From: Tricharina praecox
Lineage: Eukaryota
Reading direction: 5' to 3'
DNA length: 64,000 nucleotides
Assembly: GCF_024521635.1 (NCBI RefSeq)
Contig: NW_026250422.1
Coordinates: 1 to 64,000, forward strand
Part shown: positions 23,238-33,900 of the stretch, in pieces
How positions within the stretch are numbered: the stretch's first letter is position 1
Layout of the letters: the number at the start of each line of letters is the position of its first letter
Translations under genes and position numbers: made by a program
Notes under the pieces: model-generated
Seen by the model: only the letters and a program-made list of their open reading frames with translations
Told to the model about the DNA's origin: nothing
Database searches by the model: none

Positions 23238-25036
23238 CTACCTAGTACGGCCCAAAGGACTCAATTGGTATACGCGGCGGGTTGTCGCACCCTCGTCGTA
23301 TTTCCCGGCTGGCACAAACTCCACGCCAACCTTGTTGTCTGGGAACATCTCGACCAGCGTATTCCCTACCGCAGTGGTGGTTAGCGATTTTCTCTCACCG
23401 GACAGAGTGGCGATAAGTACCTGCTGGATTGTATTGCGGCCACCATCGCCGCTCCCGCAGCCCATCCTTGGGATCCTTCACGAAGGTAACCCAAGCATCC
23501 ATCATGTATTTGCTAATCTCGCGTTCCCAGCTTTGCGGCGTCTCGATGCCCGCATCGAGAAACCCAAACACGGTGCCGACCTCGGCGCCATGGAAAGCGC
23601 CGCGGATCCAGCTGTAGGGCGTCACAGATGGCAGGCGCGCCATGTAGCGGTAGTGGTAGGTGGGCACAGAGTTGTTGGCGCGGATCAGAGAGTGTCCTGC
23701 TGACGGGCACGTGAACATCGTCTTTGTGCAGATGTCGCTCACTGTGTAGTTTATCCCCCGATCCTTGTGGAACGGGACGGTGTTGTCGCCTTGTTTGTCG
23801 TTTACGCCGATCAGGGTGGGCTGTAGGGAGAATTTTAGCTGTGTATGCGGACAGGATGGGGGGGGGGGGGGGGGGGGGCGGATGCTCACGAGCTTTGCAA
23901 ACTTCCCTCGAAGCCCCGCCGGTAGTGTTCCGCCGTCGACCACACCGTGCGGTTATCCACTCCCGGAGCCCCGCCGTTCGGAGAAGCGAAGTAGTTCAGC
24001 GTCAGGTTCGAGATCGCCTGTCGGATCCCTCCTGCATCCACCGCCTGCAAGCAGCGGACTCAATCCTCATCACTCGTGCCGCCGCCGCCACACCCGACCG
24101 CATCCGATACCCGCTTGAACTCCGAGTCGTCCGAGTTGCCAATGATGTCGCCGGTGCCGCTTTGCATAATCAACGCTCGGACTAGCGGCTTGTCGGTGTA
24201 GGCGTAGGCGTACGAGCCGATTATGGCGGCGCCAGCGCTCTCGCCAAAGAGTGTTATCTTGGAGGGGTCGCCGCCGAAGGAGGCGTGGTTGGCGTGCAGC
24301 CATTCGATGGCGAGGCGCGCGTCCAGGAACCCGATGTTGCGTTCCGGGAGCGCGGGGCTGTTGGGGAAGCCGAATGTGTTGAGGCGATAGCTAGATGGTC
24401 AGCGGTGGATACGCACGATCAACGGTGGGGCAAGAGGTACAGACTTGAACTATGCGATGATAACGTCGGGATGCGCTTTCACAATGTTTGCACCACTGGT
24501 GACTGCACGATCAATGTCAGCTATCTACCCATCCGGAAGCAGTGGCGCACTGCGAACATGCCTTCCCACGACGTTGCTCCCTCCCCAAACCCACCACCAA
24601 CAATCCACACCATAGCTGGCAATCCCCCCTTCCCGTTCTCGTTCCCATTCTTCCCCTTCCCGTGCACACGATCATGACCGGCCGGAACCCAGATATTCAC
24701 ACTCAAGCAATCCTCACTCTGCGGTTCCGCCGGTTCCGCAATCTCATAGAAGACGGTCTTGTACGCAAACTGGATACAGCTCGGGCCGAAGGCTGTGGCA
24801 CGGATCGGCTCCTCGCTGTACGGCGCCGGCTTCGGGAGCATGAACTGGAGGCCCAATGGCGGGACTGCATACGGGATTCCCAGGTACGCATGCACCCCGG
24901 AAACGGGTTCGAAGCCGCTGACGACCCCGGACGTGGTGTTTACCGCCGGTGGTGGGCTTGTGGTGTAGCCCGGCCTGGCTTCGGTGAACTGGAACAATGC
25001 GAGGAGGAGCACGAAGAGGAGGTCGGTGAAATGCAT
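23238..25036 (-). pseudogene. Secreted type-B carboxylesterase pseudogene
   Basis: Signal peptide, YLGIPYAVPP, SEDCLSVNIW, GGGF, NYRLNTFGFP, FGGDPSKITLFGESAG and FHGAE motifs. In-frame TAG at 24452-24450, in-frame TGA at 24062-24060, and a frameshift near 23910. Confidence 0.85.
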
Positions 25037-25732
25037 AGCTGCTTCGGAGCCAGATATCCCAGGGGTTTCAGTGTATCGATCTGTACTTACCTACGAAGGA
25101 ATTCGATGATTTATACACTGTAGATCACGACCGCAAGCCCGCCATTCAGAATAACTCTCAACCCTGTGAGACTGGCCGCCTGCAAACGTCAGAACTAAAA
25201 GGCTTTGCGCGCCTCCGACCAACCACGGCGGCAGCCCACAGCCCGCAACTCGTAAACGAATGTATCAATAGGTATCTGCTATGAATAGCAACCGGGGCGG
25301 ATTTCTAAGGACCACACTTCGGTCTAGGCTATCGGTCGTGAATACGAGTCGGAAGAAAAGCAAGTCCAAGGCATAGCCAGCTCAATGGACTACAGGTGAC
25401 GTCTTGTGAGCAGAATACTCGAAAAGTGGGCAGCGCAGAGCAGACGGAGTCGGCGCCGCAATACTGGTCAGGTATGGTGATCTACGCATTACATCTCGCC
25501 TCGGCCATCTTTGCAAGCAGCAGGTTTGACGGTACTCGCATCCACAATCATCACTCATAAGCTTCAATATCTCTAGAGTAGATCTATCGACCACAAAGCC
25601 CGCCGCTTCCCACCCGTGTACCGCCACGCTCGAGCTGAGTTGAGGCAGATTTCCAGGCAGGATCCGTTAAAGGCCGTTTCTGGCCAAACGTGGCGCACCA
25701 TGATATGTCTTCGTGATTGCTCAGCTCGTGTC

Positions 25733-26450
25733 TCAGCTCAGCCGTTTCGACCGGGGGATCTTCCTCCTCCTCCGCAGCGCCACGAATTCATTACTTAAAT
25801 AATATACCACATCAAGAGGAGCAGAGAAGAGAATTGAAGAAAGAATAACGAAGCCACAGCCGCACCGTAGCCAGTAGCTGGTCTTTGCATCAATGACTGC
25901 CTCCAGAGAAGGGGCATTGACCTCCACTGAGTCTCAAATCGCTTTGGCAGAATTTTCGCCCAGCAGAAAGGAAGAACTTCTGTCAGCTTCACCTTCACCT
26001 CCTCGGGGCTTCCGAGATGGTTGATACGTTCAGAATAATCACTCGCAGTTAAATACGGCGGAGATGATGCCATAGACGACAAAGAAGGCGGTCATCATGT
26101 CTGTCTCGAGCTTGCCTAACTCTCTTCGTTTTCTGTCGGTTTCCATCCAGTGTTTTGGGACCTTCGCCGTCCAAGTTTAAATCCACTAGCGATTCCTTTG
26201 GCGTATGGATCTAGATAGCGGAGAGAAGTCACGGTTGAAGAGAGGAGGACGAGGAGGGGTATAGTTGTATGTACCCCCCTGGTCGATGCTGCTAAGCTGA
26301 GATACAGCTGAGCCATCATGAAGACCTTTCGATTGGGTACTGCATGTGGCTTGGGGAGCCACAGGAGCCTGGCTGTCAGTATGATTCGTGGCCAAATAGT
26401 TGTCGTGATGTCTATAGTTAGCCCTGCCACAACTCTGCGGGATGGGAAAC
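25733..26450 (-). pseudogene. Possible degraded membrane-protein gene fragment
   Basis: Intron-acceptor-like GCTAACTATAG at about 26420, followed by stop-interrupted frames with hydrophobic segments (MMTAFFVVYGIISAVF; GFVILSSILFSAPLDVVYY). No family recognised. Confidence 0.25.
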
Positions 26451-26994
26451 ACTAGGATTGGTGAAGGAAAGGAGCAGCTAAATTACACCACCATCAGATC
26501 GACCGGAGGCACATCACTGCCGGTAGTTCACGCCTGGGAATTCAAACGGGCACCGGTAATGGCGTCTATGTCTGGAGACAGCTCCTGCCGTTGTCGACCG
26601 GAGACAACTTCGTAGTAAGTACTATACAGACTCGGAGTTGTAGGCTGTCTGATCCTGCGGCACCCGTAGTGAGAATAGAAGGGGGAAAGAATGAGGGTGA
26701 AAGGAATCGAAAGAAAACAATGGGACCCTCCGTCATGGTTAAGGTCAATTGCAGCCACCAGACCAAAAAATAATAAGCGCAGCCGCGTCGACCGGGGCTG
26801 TCAAAGACGAAACCTGAGACAGTTTTCGGTTCCGTGTTCTAGCCCAATGCGAACTAGAAGCGCCGTTCCAACTAGTTAGCTGCAGAGGTTACACGAAAAA
26901 CCGGGTAAACCCGCTAAACACCACCCCGCAACATTTTTTTGGCGGAGCGACACACACTCCCGGCCAGGCCAGCTCTACTCAATTCACAACCACC

Positions 26995-28213
26995 ATGCGC
27001 CGCGCGATACTGTCCCGTCTCACCCGGCCCTGCGCCTGCACGCGCCGTCCTATTCTCGCGTCCACCGCCGCCACCACAATCTCGCAATCCGCACGCTTCG
27101 CCTCCGACAGCCCGTCCATCACCGAGCGCATCCGTCGGAACCTCTGGGGCACCGATGCTCCACCGGGCCCGAACGATCCGTACAAGCGGATTCCTTCCAC
27201 CGGCGCAAAGGTCGTTGAGAATAGCGAGATAGAGATAGATCCCGAGTACCGCGAGGCGCTGGATGCAAGGGGACTGCCCATTGCTGGACTGGAAAAGCTG
27301 AGTGACATGTGGCTTATTGTTCCGTATGTATCATTCCCAAGGTGGAGCGAGGTAGATGAGGGTGGGGCTGACTCTGCGGCCGGGTATAGGTTTGCACCGA
27401 AAACGGAGACGGTGCTGCAGACCGAGGATATACATCGTGCCCTTCATCGGGCTGTCGTTGAGGTGTTCACGCTGCGATTGAATGGGAGGAGTCCGGTAAC
27501 GGAGATTGGAATTAATACGCCTACGACACCGGAGACTGCTACGGGAGATGTGGAGATTGTAGTTACGGAGAGTGGTGAGGTGCGTGTTGAGTTTGCAGGG
27601 CCGGAGGTAGAGGAGGCGATTTTAAACTCGCTTGTGCCTCTTGCCGAGGAGGTGGAGGTGGAGGTGGAGGCAGATATTGTTGCCGAAACGGAGGTCGTGG
27701 CTGAGACCGCTGAGGCGGCAGAAACAGCCGTGGAAGCAGAGTTTATGGTCGAGTCAGATGAGCCACGGCCTCAGTGGCTCGAGCAGGGCCTCAGGGGCGA
27801 GGGCTGGGTCAGGCTACCAATATCGCAAGAACAAGTCAAGTTCGCGGTCTGTACCCCTTCGCGCTAGCTCTTTCGGCCATCAACCTTACTGACGCTCATC
27901 ATAGATCATCAAACGTGTTCTCCAGCTCACCGGCCAGCGCATTCCCGACGCCGTAGCAACACAAACCAACACCGTCTTGGACCTCTTGAGACACCTTATC
28001 ACTCCCCCTCCGCCTAAAAAGCTCGCCGACGCACTGGTGGAGACTGAGCTCGCCGAGCTTCCGAACGTAAAGCTGTTCTCGTCACGGATAAAGCCCATGG
28101 ACAAGGAGCGGGTCATTGGTCGGGCTAGGCCTATCGAGCAGGTGGTTGATTACACTTACGAAGGCATTGACAAACCACAAAAGGCTTTCAAAGGGCATGT
28201 GGTGTACCGCTGA
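26995..28213 (+). CDS. Mitochondrial large-subunit ribosomal protein, mL50 family
   Basis: Arg-rich presequence; introns 27324-27389 and 27847-27904; C-terminal KFAIIKRVLQLTGQRIPD...LPNVKL...DKERVIGR motif. Confidence 0.85.
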
Positions 28214-28636
28214 GAGGTTGTGGTTTGGTAGACGGTGTATTGTAATATAGTCGGGGAAGGATGGGCAATTTACGGTACCTAGATAGATCCTTGGGCTCGG
28301 TCCTGCTGCCGAAATTGGTTTCACATCACTCAAGCTTTGGAGTACTTACCCAAGTGTTTTGGTTGGTGTTGCCTACGACTGGACCGTTTACTTGAACATT
28401 ATCCAGCAATAAGCGGCAGTTTCCCGCTGTCCGTGAGTGACCTCAAGTTGCAAGCCGGCGTTCCAGCTCCCATTCGACTACAATCTCACTCGTCGGCACA
28501 AGGGAGGGAGGCAGGGCGCTGTCGCGAGGAGCACTTCCCAAGCAGTTCGCTGAGATCACATGCTCCCAGGGTATATAGAACGCGCAAGAGCACAACGACC
28601 AGCGCAAAATACTCACCACCTCGAGGTAGCAAAAAA

Positions 28637-28723
28637 TGATCACTACAGGGGTCGAACCTGTGACCTTGGCGTTGCATATCGTTGATATTAGCACCACGCT
28701 CTAACCAACTGAGCTAAGCGACC
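28637..28723 (-). tRNA. tRNA-Ile(AAT) with a 13-nt intron
   Basis: GGTCGCTTAGCTCAGTTGGTTAGAGCGTGGTGCT-AAT-A[TCAACGATATGCA]ACGCCAAGGTCACAGGTTCGACCCCTGTAGTGATCA followed by a T6 Pol III terminator; acceptor, D, anticodon and T stems all pair. Confidence 0.96.
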
Positions 28724-29081
28724 TTTGATGGCCGTTGAGCCCGGTGACCTATAATGAACGTGGCGGTTCAACGCCGTAGCATGAGAGGGGATAGCGTTGA
28801 GCAATGGCCCAGGAGGTTGCGGGTAGGAGCTTGCAATCAGTATTTGGCTTCGGAAATGATAATGTATTTGCGCGGGATAGGTATGCACTCTACATTGCTA
28901 CAAGGAAAACACGAGACTACATTTGCTAGGTAATGTGTGAAGAAACAACCGGACAGTGCGGAAATAAGAGAAAGCGCAAGCATCAAAATGTGAGAGTGTG
29001 TTTGTGCGAGAGAAAGAGACAACAGAGCAGAGGGGAAAGTTTCCCGAGTGGGCACCCACCGACGCGGCCGCCACCAACTGA

Positions 29082-31131
29082 TCAGTCGTCCGACATTGCG
29101 CTGGTCGAAATCTGACAAATGTGAGTGAGCGCGCTGGGCAGAGAGAAGGAAGAGAGAAACAGAGACAATATAGACTTGCCTTATAGTTCTCCTCGAGCAC
29201 GTTGATGACATACTGATGGACCTCGTCCTTGTAGTTAGAATCATCCAACCTTCGCGGTGGAGGATTATTGGATCCAGGACGGCATAGCCCGAGACATCGA
29301 GACAAGGCAAGCATGTAGCTCTCACCCGACTCGATAAGTCTTCCCACTAGCTGACAAACTATGTCGTAATCCGCCTTGTTGTCGGCTTGGGTATTGTTAA
29401 GCGGACGTTCAGGTCTTCGAAGCATTTTCTGAACCAAAGCTCGATTAGGACGATCCCCAGGGAGAAAAGACACTTGTCGTACTCGGCGATTTTCCGCTCG
29501 TGATTTATCGTCAATGTTTTCTGTCTCGATACACTTGCGCAGCTGCCAAATTCTTTTCGAACGAAGGGGTTATTGACGATGGGCTCGGGTAACCAGGTCC
29601 CGTCTATCGCTCGAAGTTTTGCATCCTGGCGGCCGCAGAACAGTATATCTTCGCTACACCAGCCTTCTTCAAGCCACTTTGTGCCGTGTAGCTGGACAGC
29701 AGCTGAGGCAAGCTGGACTTCGATCTGAAGCCTTTCGTTGAGCCCAAGAACACCGTTACGAAGGAGTTCTTGCAGCGAAAACGTGATGGCGATATCAGAA
29801 ACTGCCAACGGTTCCATGGGCGGTTGCATGCGATGCCACTGGTCACGACCCGGATCCAGTATTCCGACACTGTATTCGCCGAGCTGTCGCTCCGCCCGAT
29901 AACACAGGTTCTTTATCTCCTTCCCGAAATTTAGCGGGAGGGAGATTGGGGGATTTTCACGCCCTGAGGAGCTGCGGTCTTGAGGCCAGGACCAAACGAA
30001 ACCCTTTTTGCCAGAGGGGTTGCCGCCGCACTAGAAACGTCAGCTTGTGTTCAAACCTCTCAGGCGAAAGGGCAAGCTTTTGCTCACGCTAAGTGTTGCC
30101 CGCTCTTGAAAGTGTGCTTTGTAGATGTGGTCCGGACTGCAGGCTGATTATCCGAGCTGAAAATAGAACCGACTTTGCTGCCGAATTTCTTTTTGACTTG
30201 CTGCTTTGGTTGGTGGGGCTTGATGACCGGTGCTGGTTGTAGTTTGACTGCGGGTACTGTGGGTTTTTCAGCCTCGATTGGCCGGAACCCTGAGCCGTTG
30301 AAATCCCATGGCGTCCGACTCACCATCGCGTTTTTAAGATCATATGAGAAGGTGACCTTGAACCTCACAGCTCCAGCAGCCCGTCCTTGCTTGTCGATAA
30401 TGCTCTGCAGTCGAAGGTTGACGATGTGTGCAGCATCACATGTGCAGGCCGGAGCTTCCTGCAACCTCATCTGAAATACGCCATAAATAGTCATGGTATA
30501 CTGGCGCACCAGATCATAGGCCTCCGGGAGGTGTCATGTCTTTTTGGATACGGAAACTTCGGCAGGACACGTTCGTAACATTGCCAAGGTCGCAAGTTCA
30601 TGGTTGATCTGGACGATATCTTGGTGCAGTGAAGAATAATCTCCCTCTTTTGCGACAAACTTGATCTTCATCCACAACCGCTTCTTGGACTTTGTTTCCA
30701 GCAACGCCGGCTGCAAAGGATCATGATCAATATGTACGTGACGGAAGAATGAGGGAAGAGCTCCATACTTCAAAGTTCTCGTTAAGTCTCAGTCCCTCAG
30801 CCAATTCCCTAAGCTTCGAGTTAAATTCCTCCATATGTCGCCTAAAAATCTTGGTCCCCAGTGACCCAAGACGCCGCTCCAGATTTTCGGCGATGGTGGT
30901 GCCTTCCCAGCCATTACCATCCAAAAGTTCCTGCAGTTTCTTGGGCGGAACAATATCTCCGAGCAGGATTTCGAATGTGTTCTCGAGCTTCATAGCTTCC
31001 ACCTCAATCTTTTGCACCAGACGTCCCAAAGCTCTTCGGTAGCCGAAGACCTTACGACTACCATCGTCAATCTGTCGCAGCCCGTTCAAGAAAAGCGGAA
31101 GTATGGCCAAGACGAGTCCGGCAACCTCCAT
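29082..31131 (-). pseudogene. HeLo-like N-terminal domain + DUF7580-type (kinase-like) C-terminal domain protein, disrupted
   Basis: N-terminus MEVAGLVLAILPLFLNGL...KLENTFEILL; CTCDAAHIVNLRL; EIKNLC; ERLQIEVQLASAAVQLHGTKWLEEGWCSEDILF; LFSLGIVLIELWF; GESYMLALSRC; VINVLEE. Intron 30768-30711, in-frame TGA at 30536-30534, frameshift near 29415. Confidence 0.72.
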
Positions 31132-31671
31132 GACGGGATGTCTGCGGAATCGGGGCAACAGCAGAGTGTCTCCAGCCTCGCCTGCGGTGTTGGCGGGATT
31201 CCTCGTATGTAGTGGGCACGACTGGATCCGCGTATCGGTATATAGGTAGGTATAGATATAGCCCGTCTGGCAAGCGCTCATTTCAGTCAGTGCAATATCA
31301 AGTGAATAAGTGACAGCGCAATTACTCACGTATAGTGAGAAAGAAGAGCTTCGTTCTCGCCGGCGGGAAGCAGAAGTGATGGCGTTTAAAGCCTCGGCCC
31401 CGCATTTACGATCTCTAAGCCTCATGCTAAGAGTAAGTACCGTAGGTATGTCGTGTTCTGTTCTTGAGGGATGTGATTGGCCGACCTTTCTGCTGCATGT
31501 CCTGCCGCAGAAGGATTGGTTCGAAGCCTGTGCGGATGTATCGACAGGGTGGAGTAGATACGTCAGATCCCCTCGCAATCCATATCCTACAATTCAAAAT
31601 CTAAGTCTCATTTCTTCCTCCATCAGCGAATTCGGGTCCGCGTATGTGCATACGTACGTGCAACCACCGAA

Positions 31672-33900
31672 ATGTCGACCTTTTCCGCTTATCGCGAGCG
31701 CATGAAATCCTTTCAGCATCTCTTCGACTCGCTCAGGCTAGGAAGCCCCGGAAATATCCCTACCAAGCTTCGCGAAGATGTCGGTCGATTCAGGGTGTGG
31801 GCGGAGAATTGTGGAGCGCATCGACAGAGCAATAACCAGATGTCACTCGATCGTCGCCTACGGGGAGCTTCGAAGGTGAAGGATATGGTCGTGAAGCTGT
31901 TGGGTAGTCTGAATGACGTTCTAAAAGACGGTAAGCGGATCTCAAGCCCAGCCAGTACTCGAGCAGAGTAGGTAGTAGCAGTGGGTCTGAGCTGATATCA
32001 TGAATAAGCGCTTTCGGCCGGATCCGCCAAAACGTTGGCAGATGGGCTTCCGGTGACTGGCGGAATGTCGGAAACGCAAGACCCAGAAGACAGCGACTCC
32101 GATTCGGACCCGGATACAAGCGACGAATTCGAAGAGTGTCTACTTGACGTTTCCAATATCATCACCTGTCTCTATAACACCTCAATCGCGGTCGCAAATC
32201 CGGCACCACGAGACCGGTTGGAAAAGTGCTCCTTCATCGACGTCTCGCATTATCACGGCCCGATGTCGACCATGTCGATAATAAGTTTCCAGATGCTGAA
32301 GACTTTCTGGTGGAACGTCTTGGGAGAGCAAACTTCAAACGCCGCCAACTTCTCAGTTACTACGAAAAACATCATGAAAAGATTGTCGGACGCCCCCGGC
32401 TGGAGCTGGCCGTGACAACACTCGACGATTCTGGCGTCCTTGAAAATTTAACCGTCGCCTACGCAACTACGCAAGCGGTGACTACTGTCTCGACGTTTCT
32501 GAAGGGTGGACAAGCGGCGGCGGCTAGTGGTGGTGACCCTGCAGAAACGGGCATAGCGGTGGACGGAGAAAGTATATTCCCTATCGACCCAGATCATGGT
32601 TGGACCGTAGAGGACGACACTCGGTCCGTGACATCGTATGCGTCCTCTATGGGAGACCCCAACAGGCTTCGCGTGCCACCACCGCCTGACCAAGAATCCT
32701 CGTTGGAGGGAACACCTTTCGAGTGCCCATATTGTTTTTCGTTGGTGAAGATTCAGGGTTGGCAGTCATGGAAGTAAGTCCGGATTCTCAAAAAAGAATA
32801 ATTGAAGGACTGAATCGCTGACTCCTATGGTCATTAAAGACGGCATGTCTTCAAAGATCTCCGGCCGTATGTGTGTACTTTTCCAAATTGTCAAAGGTCA
32901 GAGCACCTGTTTGAACGTATGCACGAGTGGTTTGAGAATCCAGCATCGGAGGGAATGGTTCTGCGGCACATGCCAGGAGGGTTAGTCTTCCAGTACAGCG
33001 TTTGCACAACACGTCGTCGATTCCCATGAAGACCGGATCGGATCTACCCAACTACCTGTTTTGGTGAACAGGTCCGAAATAGCAACAGAGTCGAAGCAGA
33101 GTTGCCCTCTGTGTGGAAAGAATAATCTTACTCCTCGTATTCTTCAGCGCCATATCGGACAGCACATGCAACAGATCGCGCTATTTGTGGTGCCTAATTC
33201 GATAGAGGAGGATGAGGAGGGGAAGATGATGAGGATGGAGATGAAGGATCTATAGTCACCCTTGCATCGAAATATATGAATCAGGGTCGGTGGAAGGAGG
33301 CCGAGGTGCTGGAGGCGCAGATCATGGAGATACGGATGAGGGTGCTCGGCCAAAAAACATCCAACTACCTTGGCCAGCATGGCTAGCCTTGCAACGACAT
33401 ACAGGAAGCGGGGCCGGTGGAGGGAGGCAGAGGGACTGCAGGTGCAGGTTATGCAAATAAGGATGAGGATGCTCGGCCAAGAACATCCAGATACTTTGGC
33501 CAGTATGGCCTCCCTTGCATTGACATACAGGAAGCAGAGCCGATGGAAGAAGGCTGAGGGGCTGGAGGTGCAGGTGATGGAGATAAGGATGAGGGTGCTT
33601 GGCAATGAGCATCCAGATACCTTGCAGAGCATGACCAGTATGGCCTCCCTCGCATTGAAATACAGGAAGCGGGGCTGGTGGAAGGAGGCTGAGAGGCTGC
33701 TGGAGTCGGCCTTGGAGGCGAGTAAGAGGGTCCTTGGCAAAGAGCATCCAAATACCTTAAAGATCACGGAAAACCTTGCATCTATATATATTTCCCAGGG
33801 TAAAATCGACGAATTCGTCGAATTAAGGGAACAAAATCGCCCTCTCAACACCGTCGGCTTCCATATATATGGCGGATCTGATGTCTACTACGAGGACTAG
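31672..33900 (+). pseudogene. Helical N-domain + C2H2 Zn-finger cluster + TPR (TPR_10/12-type) array protein, disrupted
   Basis: RFRVWAENCGAH..SLDRRLR; IITCLYNTSIAVANPAPRD; DHVDNKFP..LVERLGRANFKRRQ; PFECPYCF; RHVFKDLRPYVCTFPNC; CPLC..RHIGQHMQQIALF; 42-aa HPDTLASMASLA repeats. Frameshifts near 32255 and 32935. Confidence 0.78.
33255..33800 (+). repeat. About four tandem 126-nt TPR-coding repeats with high internal nucleotide similarity
   Basis: Units of the form GGATGAGGxTGCTCGGC..CATCCAxxTACxTTGGCCAGxATGGCx recur at about 126-nt spacing; one unit has a 9-nt insertion (QSMTSM). Confidence 0.85.

Noticed and set aside
30534..30536. Programmed stop-codon readthrough in the HeLo-like gene
   Set aside because: Context is TGA CAC, not the known TGA CTA motif, and the gene also has a frameshift
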